64,000 nt of DNA from Flavobacteriales bacterium (lineage in GTDB: Bacteria; Bacteroidota; Bacteroidia; Palsa-965): assembly GCA_040377305.1 (NCBI GenBank), contig JBEIPA010000009.1, forward strand, positions 1 to 64,000, read 5' to 3'. Positions 51,826 through 60,829 of the stretch are shown in pieces. Made by a program: the position numbers and the translations under genes. Within the stretch, counting starts at the first letter, position 1. Each line of letters opens with the position of its first letter. The notes below the pieces were generated by a model. It was not told the origin of the DNA, did not search any database, and saw only the letters and a program-made list of their open reading frames with translations.

Positions 51826-53148
51826 ATGATCATCACAATTGTTTGTGGAGTTTTATTTCTCGGTGCGGCTATCGCTGCATTTTATTTTTTCAACGAGGCG
51901 AAAAAAATAAAGGCATCGGGCGGAAAAACCGAAAAGGACATCGAAAATTACCGCAGCATTATTGACCAGGCGAATGATGCGTTGATCGTTATCGATATTG
52001 TCGATGGAAGAATTCACCAGACGAATCCTTCTGCAGCGGAAATGCTGGGTTACACACAGGAGGAAATTCTGAAGAAAAAACTATTTGATCTTCATCCGAA
52101 GAACATGCTGGAGCGTTCATCCAGTGTTGTTGCTGATGTATGGGAGAAAAAAGGATTGATCTACAGAGACATTCCATTCGTGAAGAAGAACGGCGAAATT
52201 ATCCCGGTTGAATGCTCAGCGAAAGTTGCACCATTTGCAGGCCGACCGGCAATTGTGATTTACGCACGCGATATCACGGAGCGATTGAGACTTGAGAACG
52301 AGGTTGCAGAACAGTCGCACATCATCGAACAAAAGAACAAGGATATTACGGATAGCATCAACTACGCCAAGCGCATTCAGGAAGCAATTCTTCCTACGGA
52401 GGAAGAGATGAAGGAAGTGTTCGAAGATTACTTTGTGTACTACCGTCCGAAGGATATTGTGAGTGGAGATTTGTATTGGGCCAGCACGGTGCAGACAACT
52501 CCGAAGGAAGGAAAGGGCAAACAGATTTCACTTATTGCGGCGATTGATTGCACAGGACATGGTGTGCCGGGGGCATTCATGAGTATTGTTGGCCACACCA
52601 TTCTGGAGCAAACGCTGACCGACCCTAAGATTAATAATCCGGGTGCTGCGCTTGATTATCTTACACAGGGAGTCATTCGCACGCTGAAACAAAAGGCAGG
52701 CGACGATTTCTCGATCAAAGATGGAATGGACATAGCATTGTGTGCTCTCGACAGAGAAACGAATACACTGGAATTCGCAGGAGCAAACAATCCGTTGTAC
52801 GTAGTTCGTAACGGGGTGCTTTCGGAATACAAAGGGGATAAGCAGCCGATTGGTGCGTACATCAAGGATCAAAAACCGTTTACGAATACGCGCCTTGAGT
52901 TATCAAAGGGCGATTGTGTTTACATCTTCACCGACGGATTTGCGGATCAGTTTGGCGGACCGAGAGGAAAAAAATTCAAGTACAAGCAGTTGCAACAATT
53001 GCTCATCGATAATCACGAATTATCGATGGTGGAACAACGTGCTGCATTTGAGAAAGCGATCATGGACTGGATGAATTATTCATCTGATCAGGGAAACGGT
53101 TACGAGCAGACGGACGATGTGTTGCTGATTGGATTCAGGGTGACTTGA
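51826..53148 (+). CDS. membrane-anchored PAS-PP2C (SpoIIE-like) phosphatase
   Basis: TM, PAS ending RDITE, PKDIVSGD, DCTGHGVPG, DGMD, TDGFADQFGG, DD. Confidence 0.92.
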   Translation: MIITIVCGVLFLGAAIAAFYFFNEAKKIKASGGKTEKDIENYRSIIDQANDALIVIDIVDGRIHQTNPSAAEMLGYTQEEILKKKLFDLHPKNMLERSSSVVADVWEKKGLIYRDIPFVKKNGEIIPVECSAKVAPFAGRPAIVIYARDITERLRLENEVAEQSHIIEQKNKDITDSINYAKRIQEAILPTEEEMKEVFEDYFVYYRPKDIVSGDLYWASTVQTTPKEGKGKQISLIAAIDCTGHGVPGAFMSIVGHTILEQTLTDPKINNPGAALDYLTQGVIRTLKQKAGDDFSIKDGMDIALCALDRETNTLEFAGANNPLYVVRNGVLSEYKGDKQPIGAYIKDQKPFTNTRLELSKGDCVYIFTDGFADQFGGPRGKKFKYKQLQQLLIDNHELSMVEQRAAFEKAIMDWMNYSSDQGNGYEQTDDVLLIGFRVT

Positions 53149-53201
53149 TAGCTGAAAATTAATAGCTGACGACTGCTCAGCTATCAGTTATTGGTGGTCA
53201 G

Positions 53202-54479
53202 CTATGCAACCTTACGTTTGAGTGTAATCACAGTTACCTCAGGCCATATTCCAACCCGCCCGGGGAATCCTAAGAATCCGAAGCCACGATTAACGTACAA
53301 GTGACGTTTGCCTTCGTTGTATAATCCCGCCCAACGCGAGTAACGGAATTGCACCGGACTCCATTTGAGCCATGGTATTTCAACTCCGAATTGCGCACCG
53401 TGCGTGTGTCCGGACATCGTGAGATGAATATCCGTTTCGTGTTTGCTTACGATCTGATCGAAGTGTGACGGATCGTGCGACATCAGTACTTTAAATCCAT
53501 CTTTCGGAATGTTCGCAAGTGCTTTCTCCAGATCGCCTTTTTGTTTGAATCCGCCAGCGCCCCAGTTTTCAACTCCGACGAGATAAATTTTTTGTCCGTC
53601 TTTTTCGAGCGCCACATGTTCATCGCGCATAAGCCTGAATCCGACATCTGCATGCGTCTGATACAGATCGTTCATGTTCTGATCTTTTGCTTGCGGAGAA
53701 TCCCAACTGATGTAATCGCCATAATCGTGGTTACCGAGAACAGAGTATTGTCCGAACGGTGAACGAATCGCGGCGAACTCTTTTTTCCATGGAAGCATTT
53801 CGGTCGCCATGTTGTTCACGAGATCGCCGGTAAACACAAACAAGTCTGATTTCTGATCTTGCGCGAGTCGAATTCCACTGCGAACTTCTTCCAGGTGGTC
53901 ATTCGCATCAAAGCTGCCTGCATGAATATCGCTCAGTTGCGTGATTGTAAATCCGTCAAACGCCTGTGGCAAATCATCGTAGTAAATTGTTTCGCGACGT
54001 ACGCGGTATCTCCATCGACCTGCAATCATTCCATGCGCCACTCCAATGAAAGGAATCAAAGCAATTACACCTGCAGCGCGACTAATGAACTGACGTCGTG
54101 TAATTCCTACCGACATTCCACCCTCTTCACTAATGCTGTTGTATCCCAACGCATAGAGTGCACGTATTCCACGACCGACATCTTCCGCACCCAGAATCAA
54201 CACAATTACCAGTTTCGGAATGAAGAACATAGCCCAAACACCAATGAAAGTCATGATTCCTTTTGGAACAACCTTTTCTTGTGTTCCAAAAAGGGTGAAA
54301 TAACCGAACCACACAAACAGGGAGATATTGATCAACCAATATGCCCAGTGAATGTACTTTCTGGTGCGTGCTTCCATTCCCACCGTCATTGTTTTGACAG
54401 CCGAAAACACGTAAAGATCAATCAGGAGCAATAGTCCTAACATGATCAGCATACCCGTAATACCCGGACCTCTTCGCAT
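53202..54479 (-). CDS. membrane metallophosphoesterase (YkuE-like)
   Basis: SDIH, TGDLVN, GNHD, SHDP, GHTH; TAACTTTG promoter at 54487-54494. Confidence 0.92.
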   Translation of the reverse strand: MRRGPGITGMLIMLGLLLLIDLYVFSAVKTMTVGMEARTRKYIHWAYWLINISLFVWFGYFTLFGTQEKVVPKGIMTFIGVWAMFFIPKLVIVLILGAEDVGRGIRALYALGYNSISEEGGMSVGITRRQFISRAAGVIALIPFIGVAHGMIAGRWRYRVRRETIYYDDLPQAFDGFTITQLSDIHAGSFDANDHLEEVRSGIRLAQDQKSDLFVFTGDLVNNMATEMLPWKKEFAAIRSPFGQYSVLGNHDYGDYISWDSPQAKDQNMNDLYQTHADVGFRLMRDEHVALEKDGQKIYLVGVENWGAGGFKQKGDLEKALANIPKDGFKVLMSHDPSHFDQIVSKHETDIHLTMSGHTHGAQFGVEIPWLKWSPVQFRYSRWAGLYNEGKRHLYVNRGFGFLGFPGRVGIWPEVTVITLKRKVA

Positions 54480-54743
54480 AAGCGCACAAAGTTACATTCG
54501 GGTGGTCGTTTTAACCGCCGGTTTATTTTAATTCGATATGCTTTTGTACATTTTTGACACTATCTGAAGTGGTGAAACGGCTGTTTGTCGGGCTTCTGTC
54601 AGTGGGGTGTGTTTAGCGCTTCAGTAAGATTAAGTATACCATTGCAATAATGTTCGAAGTAGATCATCTTGCTATTAAGACACAAAGTGAGCAGGCAAGA
54701 AGTCAAAGCGTATTTTCCGCCAGAAATCCCCGTCCCGATTTCT

Positions 54744-54751
54744 TACATTTG
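54744..54751 (+). promoter_or_regulatory. Bacteroidota -7 promoter element for the tRNA locus
   Basis: TACATTTG 17 nt upstream of the tRNA 5' fragment. Confidence 0.65.
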
Positions 54752-54768
54752 CCCTCCAAAGTAAATTC

Positions 54769-54814
54769 GCGCCTATAGCTCAGGGGTTAGAGCTCCGGAC
54801 TCATAATCCGTTGG
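54769..54814 (+). pseudogene. 5' fragment of a tRNA-CAT (Ile2-type), lacking the T-arm; candidate attL
   Basis: GCGCCTA-TA-GCTC-AGGGGTTA-GAGC-T-CCGGA-CTCATAA-TCCGT-TGG; no GTTCRA T-loop follows. Confidence 0.8.
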
Positions 54815-54922
54815 AAGAGGAAAAAATAACGGGGATTCCGCATAAAAGGCGCGAAATGTTGAAATGACGGAGAAGAAGTGCTTTGAAGGAGTGCTTCACT
54901 AGAAAAGTGAAAGAATAAAATA

Positions 54923-54996
54923 GGGCCCATAGCTCATTCGGTTAGAGCAGCAGACTCATAATCTGTTGGTGGTCGGTTCGATTCCGACTGGGCCCA
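54923..54996 (+). tRNA. tRNA-Ile2 (anticodon CAT; elongator Met not fully excluded)
   Basis: Complete cloverleaf: acceptor GGGCCCA/TGGGCCC, D-arm, CAT at 54957-54959, GTCGG-TTCGATT-CCGAC, A73; C4-G69 and C5-G68 TilS determinants. Confidence 0.92.
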
Positions 54997-55000
54997 CATT

Positions 55001-55042
55001 AAGGAGAATTCGTTGCAATAGATGCAGCAGGTTCTCCTTTTT
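55001..55042 (+). terminator. intrinsic terminator after the tRNA
   Basis: AAGGAGAA...TTCTCCTT followed by a T-tract. Confidence 0.6.
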
Positions 55043-55175
55043 CATTGGCAGGTTTACCATGGACGAACTTTCCCTGAAAACAATTTTAGAGCTCGGTCTT
55101 GGCTAAAATATTTAGTCCTTTCCGCATGCCACATGGTTTCGATTTACCTTGCATTGTAATCAACCTATATTAAAT

Positions 55176-56135
55176 ATGGCAGGTAGAACAAAAATTCCGC
55201 GCGCGACTGAGAATCAAGTCATGTTTAAGTCCATGGGTTATTGCTACTGCAGGAAACCCGGGGTTCACATTCATCACATTGATTTGGAGAAAACGAATCA
55301 CGACTTCGACAATTTGGTTATGATTTGCTTCGAGCATCACGATGACGCATCTGTAAAAGGTGGATTGAAACGTAGACCAAATGCAACGCAGATTAAAATG
55401 ATGAGAGATCAGTTATACTTAGACAATGACGAAAAGCGTAAGCTTGAACTTGAGCACTATAACAAACAACTCAAAACAGTAAGTCCAAAAAATCTGCGCC
55501 AAGCGGCGATGGATGCGAATATTATTATGAAATGGATTGATTTGCGGGAGGGCTTTTTTGATGAACCCGATTGGGGAAAACGAGGGGAACGATTGTATAA
55601 ATTCCAACGCTATTCAGAATACTCCAGTCTTTACACGAAGCAATATGCTATCAATTTTGCAGTGGAATTATCGAGCTGGACGCGAAATGATATGCCGTGG
55701 GGATTTGCGTATGGAATTGAGTCTCTAATTCTGGATTATTTTCCTTTTTCCGAGGAAGAAGATGATCGTCCGAAGGTTATTGAACTGTGTAAAAAATGTG
55801 CACATGCTGCCGCGAATATCGTGTATGACGCCTCCCTTTATTTAAATGATTTATCCGTGGCGAGTGTTGGATTAGAAATTTTGAAATACGTTTATAGACA
55901 GGGAGTTGAATTAGGGATACGCGAAGTTTCCGATGCTGTGCTAGAAGAATATGTTGATTTAAAACAACACCTTGACCGACCTGAGCGAAATGATCTGACG
56001 GACTCGAAGCGTTTACTGCAAGTGTTCAAAGATGATCTGGATAAACGAGGCTTAGGATTTCCGAACAATATTGATCGTGATTTATGGGAAAAAATATGCG
56101 TTCAGAGAGACGAAAAGAAGATCAAGAGTGTATAG
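55176..56135 (+). CDS. N-terminal HNH endonuclease domain protein
   Basis: CYC...HIHHID...NLVMICFEHH Zn-HNH pattern, then about 240 aa of unknown helical domain; ATG 55176. Confidence 0.75.
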   Translation: MAGRTKIPRATENQVMFKSMGYCYCRKPGVHIHHIDLEKTNHDFDNLVMICFEHHDDASVKGGLKRRPNATQIKMMRDQLYLDNDEKRKLELEHYNKQLKTVSPKNLRQAAMDANIIMKWIDLREGFFDEPDWGKRGERLYKFQRYSEYSSLYTKQYAINFAVELSSWTRNDMPWGFAYGIESLILDYFPFSEEEDDRPKVIELCKKCAHAAANIVYDASLYLNDLSVASVGLEILKYVYRQGVELGIREVSDAVLEEYVDLKQHLDRPERNDLTDSKRLLQVFKDDLDKRGLGFPNNIDRDLWEKICVQRDEKKIKSV

Positions 56136-56144
56136 TGCTACATC

Positions 56145-56852
56145 TTATGGCCTCTTATATATTTCAATTAGCAGCTTAATCAAGGGCACGTAAATATCTT
56201 CTATATCTCGGTCAATGCTTCCGATGGTTCTTCCCTGAAGAAATACGTGTGCATCTACGTTGCGACGCATCAGTTTTAGAACCTCCAGGGAACTAGCAAG
56301 CTCCTCTTGTTCCGTTACACTGATTTTACCAGCTGTTACTAGTTTTGGTATTTCTGTTGAATATATTTTGTGCAGCGTGGGTGTATTTATTTCTAAAGGG
56401 TGTACTATGCCGACACTAAGGAACTGCGACTGCAGCCAAGGATTGTTGTCGCATTTAATATTGAGATTGTTTACGTGAGCGTAGACCTTTTGATATTTGT
56501 TCAGCGTATAGCTTTTGTTGTATGCTTTTGCTTCTTGATACGTATTAAACTGGGTTCGCCTTGGTGGTGGTTTCTTTTTCTTATCATCAAAATCACTGCG
56601 TCGAGAAATTGAAAGTACGCGATGTTTTAATAAAACAGCCTTGGACAGTGTTTCAACGCCTACACCAAATCCGATCCAAAAGAGGTGCGCTTCAACTAGG
56701 TTGTTCATTAGCTCGCCTTGTTTTTTTCGATAGTCGTTGGAAAACGAAATGAGGTCGCTAGAATCAAATTCAAAAATTCCTTTGTACCCGATCAACATTT
56801 TGGCATAGTTAAAGAGGGATTGATCCCACCCGCTGAAATCATGATAAACCAT
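56145..56852 (-). CDS. putative HEPN-domain ribonuclease
   Basis: GVGVETLSKAVL (HEPN ExxxK helix) and RNVDAH (Rx4H); ATG 56852. Confidence 0.6.
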   Translation of the reverse strand: MVYHDFSGWDQSLFNYAKMLIGYKGIFEFDSSDLISFSNDYRKKQGELMNNLVEAHLFWIGFGVGVETLSKAVLLKHRVLSISRRSDFDDKKKKPPPRRTQFNTYQEAKAYNKSYTLNKYQKVYAHVNNLNIKCDNNPWLQSQFLSVGIVHPLEINTPTLHKIYSTEIPKLVTAGKISVTEQEELASSLEVLKLMRRNVDAHVFLQGRTIGSIDRDIEDIYVPLIKLLIEIYKRP

Positions 56853-56938
56853 ATTGTTGTAAGTTGAGATTACAGTTATCCCCTTCGTGATTTTGTTGGT
56901 CGGAGTTATGCTCTCCGGAGGCAACAAAAAAAGAATAT

Positions 56939-57169
56939 ATGGAATCAGAAAACGAAGCTCCTGAGCCAAAACGAAGTCCCCGCAAGGTACAATACATCTT
57001 TTGCAAGAGAAAAAAGAGAATTGTGGCGTTGCCATTAATTCGTCTGTCTGGATATTATCTTGCGGAGTACGGTTTCGGTATTGGAGATGAAATTAATGTC
57101 GCTTACGAAAAAGGTCGTATCACAATAACAAAGACATTGGAGTTTCATCAATGTGAAAAGCCTGGGTAA
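56939..57169 (+). CDS. symE: SymE-family type I toxin
   Basis: LPLIRLSGYYLAEYGFGIGDEINVAYEKGRITI matches the SymE AbrB-fold pattern. Confidence 0.75.
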   Translation: MESENEAPEPKRSPRKVQYIFCKRKKRIVALPLIRLSGYYLAEYGFGIGDEINVAYEKGRITITKTLEFHQCEKPG

Positions 57170-57179
57170 CCAGGCTTTT
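57156..57179. terminator. bidirectional terminator
   Basis: AAAAGCCTGG-GTAA-CCAGGCTTTT between convergent genes. Confidence 0.7.
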
Positions 57180-57237
57180 AACTATTGCTAAGCGAATTGT
57201 ATTTACAAGTCTTTTGAATTATCAATTAATAAACGTT

Positions 57238-57978
57238 TCACTTGTGCCTTGCAGCAGCAGCGGCAATATGTCCGGCAAAAGAGGATACAAATGTGCGCAA
57301 ATCGGTCATGGTTGATAGATCTGAGTAGTCTCCAGTATTGGAGGATGATTTTGAAGAGGCAATGATAGCGGCTGCAGTATATAGTTGTTCCTTCACTAGC
57401 TTTTGACACAAAAGGTCATACCTTTTAAGGTATGACGCACCTTTGAAATCTGGGAAGACTGAATAGTGTGGGGAGACATCTTTGACAATGGATCGAGAGC
57501 CAGGGGCGTCTTCTACCAACATCAGCCAGCCGACAAATGGTCGTGGTTGATCACCAAAAGCACCTTCACGATAAGCAGTCCAAAAGTCATGGGCGGTTCC
57601 TATTGCTTCTTCTGTTCGGTTGTTGAAATTATTTCCAAACGAAGGCCCAACTTGACTCTTTAATTCAATTGCAGCAATTAGCTGTTTGTCATGTATTACT
57701 AGTAAGTCCCACAATTTTGTAGGTCTGAAATAACCGGGCAATGTTAAGACGGAACGTTGCAAGTGCAGACTAGCATGCGCCATTCCATTTGCACGCACAA
57801 TATCAAGAATGAGACTAACAAAGCCATCCATGTTTTTTCCAGAGGTAACACTTCCTCGTTGTCCCCGATCGCTATTGCCAAGCTCTATTTGTTTCAATCG
57901 AGCAGTTTCACGATTACCCCAAAAAGCTTTAACAGCCTCTTTCGCTTTCTTATCATAATCAACAAGATCTAGGCTCAT
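57238..57978 (-). CDS. PaeR7I/XhoI-family type II restriction endonuclease
   Basis: [38 protein letters not shown]. Confidence 0.9.
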   Translation of the reverse strand: MSLDLVDYDKKAKEAVKAFWGNRETARLKQIELGNSDRGQRGSVTSGKNMDGFVSLILDIVRANGMAHASLHLQRSVLTLPGYFRPTKLWDLLVIHDKQLIAAIELKSQVGPSFGNNFNNRTEEAIGTAHDFWTAYREGAFGDQPRPFVGWLMLVEDAPGSRSIVKDVSPHYSVFPDFKGASYLKRYDLLCQKLVKEQLYTAAAIIASSKSSSNTGDYSDLSTMTDLRTFVSSFAGHIAAAAARHK

Positions 57979-59684
57979 GGTTTTTTACTAATTAGAATAA
58001 AAGATTCTTCCTCAGTTAGGTGATAGAGAGCAGCGACAGCAATATTACACGACTCAATATCATGATTTTTCGCCGCTTGAATAAGAGCTTTACGAAGATT
58101 TTTTGGAACGTCATTCCATCTCGGTATTCGAATGCGACGCAGATATTGAGCTTGAAAGCGTAAATATCCTCCGCGCATTTTTGTCGAGTATGTCTCAATA
58201 AATGCGTGGGTTACACTGGACAGTAACACGGCTTGAAGCGCTCTCAGATCCCATTCCCTAGAAGTAATATAATAGAGATTATGATGTGGGTAGACTCTTC
58301 CAGAGTCATATACAACATTTGCTTCTCCCTTAATATCAGGGATTAATAGTTTAGGTGTTGTAGTTAATGCTGGATGAATTTTATCGATCGTTCGATACCA
58401 ATTTTTTGGATTCTTTTTTGCGCAATGTCTACCGGCAATCATTTCTTTTCGCTGATGCAGATATTGCTTTAATTTCTTGAACTTTTTTAAATCAACTAAT
58501 TCCCCATTTTGATCAAATGGATTGATAACCCCAAGTCCTTGCCACTTGACCTTCCCTGAAATGATATCCTTGGTTGTCCCAAGCGGCAATTTTCGAGAGG
58601 GCTCTACTCTCAATTTATCGAAGTATCCAATAAAAGCCTTGTCGGCCCCAGTTGCAACCCCAATACCAACTTTGCATCCTGTTTCTTCAAGTAATGGCAA
58701 AGATTGCTCAAGGCGACGTATGATGTCAATTTTTGCATGAGAATGCATCAGCCAAGGTTCTACACCATTAGCTACGTTAGAAAGTTCCTTGATGGAACTT
58801 GAAGCTCCTAATTTCTTTGCTAGTAATTCCTTGGCTAGTAAGGAAAGTTCAGCTTTATTGATTCGCGGGCGAAATACGATTCGAGTATATTTTGACTTTG
58901 TGCGAGCAATAATAGTGATTGCGGGGTATGCAATAACATCACTCTCAAATGCACGCGTATCCATCATATCAATATACACTTTCAAATGAAAATCTTTTGA
59001 AACGAAAGCACGTAAAGGACCACCATATCGATTTTTCATCCATCGATCCGCGCAGATGAAACCAAGCTCACCCTTCTGCGTTAGAAGCGATAATGAACGC
59101 TCAATAAAAGGTATGTATAGGTCGGCTCGATCGTATATTGTAGGATATAGTTTTCGATACTTAGCCATCAACTTAGGAGCAATCGATTCTTGGCGAACAT
59201 ATGGAGGATTGCCAACAACGAAATCAAACCTGCCGCCTACACTAGTGAGCAGAAAGTCGTCGTTTATCAGCCAGCGTTGCGTTAACACTTGCGCCGAGCT
59301 CGCACTCACCCCTTTGTTTTGCAATAACTTTGAGATCTTCCTACGGGTTGTTAGAAAAGTTTCGTTATCCAATTCTACTGCGCAAATAGAATCTCCTAAA
59401 TCCGTTACAATATTTTCACTTGTACGATGTTTATCCCAGGAATTAATGAGTCGCTCGATGATCGGAATCAAGAATGCACCTTCACCAAATGACGGTTCTA
59501 ATATTCGCTTAGTAAAGAGTGGTTGATCTTCAGTATAGCCGACTAGATCAAGAATAAATGTAACAACTTCGTGACGCGTAAATATCGCACCACGATCCAC
59601 AGTGCTTTTGAGGTACGCGGTCGGGAGAGAAGCAGTTTCCAAAATTGTGAGTCGAGTTTGGGCTTTTAGATCAATAAGTGGCAT
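57975..59684 (-). CDS. gamma-class N6-adenine DNA methyltransferase (M.PaeR7I/TaqI-like)
   Basis: Motif [11 protein letters not shown] precedes motif IV GNPPY; [16 protein letters not shown]; ATGA overlap with the REase. Confidence 0.92.
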   Translation of the reverse strand: MPLIDLKAQTRLTILETASLPTAYLKSTVDRGAIFTRHEVVTFILDLVGYTEDQPLFTKRILEPSFGEGAFLIPIIERLINSWDKHRTSENIVTDLGDSICAVELDNETFLTTRRKISKLLQNKGVSASSAQVLTQRWLINDDFLLTSVGGRFDFVVGNPPYVRQESIAPKLMAKYRKLYPTIYDRADLYIPFIERSLSLLTQKGELGFICADRWMKNRYGGPLRAFVSKDFHLKVYIDMMDTRAFESDVIAYPAITIIARTKSKYTRIVFRPRINKAELSLLAKELLAKKLGASSSIKELSNVANGVEPWLMHSHAKIDIIRRLEQSLPLLEETGCKVGIGVATGADKAFIGYFDKLRVEPSRKLPLGTTKDIISGKVKWQGLGVINPFDQNGELVDLKKFKKLKQYLHQRKEMIAGRHCAKKNPKNWYRTIDKIHPALTTTPKLLIPDIKGEANVVYDSGRVYPHHNLYYITSREWDLRALQAVLLSSVTHAFIETYSTKMRGGYLRFQAQYLRRIRIPRWNDVPKNLRKALIQAAKNHDIESCNIAVAALYHLTEEESFILISKKP

Positions 59685-59779
59685 AAAGGTAAATAGTATT
59701 ATACCCTTGACTGCTAGGGAATCAAAATTTCAAGTAACATTTCGTAAGCGTCCTAATGCTTCGGACTGCCTCTCCACAT

Positions 59780-60604
59780 TTACATTGGGAAATTGGCTGT
59801 AAGGACTTCAATCTTTCTCCTATTGTTTTTCGACGCGCCGGGCACCGATAAACTCATTTCGATAGTTTTGGTCTTCCATTTCCCCTTTCGAGAATATTTC
59901 TCCAGTAAGTCCGAAGGATAGCTGGAAAGAATAAATTTTCCTTTGATTTTAGACAATACAACCAGGAGGTGTTCAAAGTCAGCACGTGTATAACCGCCAT
60001 AATGCCCCATAGCGGAGTTAAAATAAGGAGGGTCGAGGTAGAAGAAGGCTTTAGGGTTGTCGCGCGTTAAAACGACCTCGAGCGCGTCACGACATTCGAT
60101 CTGTACGCGTTCGAGGCGGTCGGCATACGTTTTGGCGAACGATATTTTTTTGGAGTGGAACTTGCGCTCAGAGGTACTATCCTGTACTCCACAAGACCAG
60201 GTGCTGTCTAGGATAGAACTGTATGATTGCATCGCCATGACATATACTGCCCAAGCGCGTTCGATGTTGGTGAAGAGATGCGGATTTGAATAGATGAAGC
60301 GAGCTTTAAAGTGTAACCCTCGGCTATGCAACGTTGCGCCGATCTCCTTTTTCAATTTGGGAAATTCTGTTTTCACCGTTCGGTAGAAATTTATTACTTC
60401 CCCGTTCAGATCATTTACGACTTCAATCTTCGATGGTGGCTTGGCGAATAGAATTGCACCGCCGCCAAAGAACGGTTCACAGTACAATTCATGCTTCGGA
60501 ATAAGTGGCAGTATGGTCGGCACTAATTTCTGTTTGCCGCCGTAGTAGGTAAGAAGGGCTTTCACGACTTTAGAGATCGCGACCGCATTCGCGATCCTGA
60601 TCAT
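59780..60604 (-). CDS. D12-class (Dam-like) DNA adenine methylase
   Basis: YYGGKQKL, EPFFGGGA, NDLN, YLDPPY; true start may be GTG 60565. Confidence 0.92.
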   Translation of the reverse strand: MIRIANAVAISKVVKALLTYYGGKQKLVPTILPLIPKHELYCEPFFGGGAILFAKPPSKIEVVNDLNGEVINFYRTVKTEFPKLKKEIGATLHSRGLHFKARFIYSNPHLFTNIERAWAVYVMAMQSYSSILDSTWSCGVQDSTSERKFHSKKISFAKTYADRLERVQIECRDALEVVLTRDNPKAFFYLDPPYFNSAMGHYGGYTRADFEHLLVVLSKIKGKFILSSYPSDLLEKYSRKGKWKTKTIEMSLSVPGASKNNRRKIEVLTANFPM

Positions 60605-60782
60605 AAAGACTTGTAATTGTCAGACCATCCTCCATTGCCATTTTGACGATTGAGGTATACAGAAGTTGTTCTTTAGCGTGCTTGAACACGCGATGTATTT
60701 CTTCAGCTGAAAAATCCTTGATTTTATTTTTGCGCATGAGGTTGAATGCACTTTGCTTCATGCGCTCATAAGGTGTTGGCAT
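60570..60782 (-). CDS. small hypothetical protein
   Basis: 70-aa ORF packed in the island operon. Confidence 0.55.
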   Translation of the reverse strand: MPTPYERMKQSAFNLMRKNKIKDFSAEEIHRVFKHAKEQLLYTSIVKMAMEDGLTITSLYDQDRECGRDL

Positions 60783-60829
60783 TGATGTGGTTTGATTGCC
60801 CTTTTAAGGGCCTTATTTTTTGTAAGAAT

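Noticed and set aside
54769-54996. Intron-split tRNA-Ile(CAU) (group I intron)
   Set aside because: The anticodon arm of the fragment is uninterrupted, the 108-bp spacer is too short, and the downstream tRNA has its own complete 5' half
56853-57035. N-terminal 61 aa of the track ORF 56145..57035
   Set aside because: Overlaps symE on the opposite strand; ATG 56852 is the more plausible start
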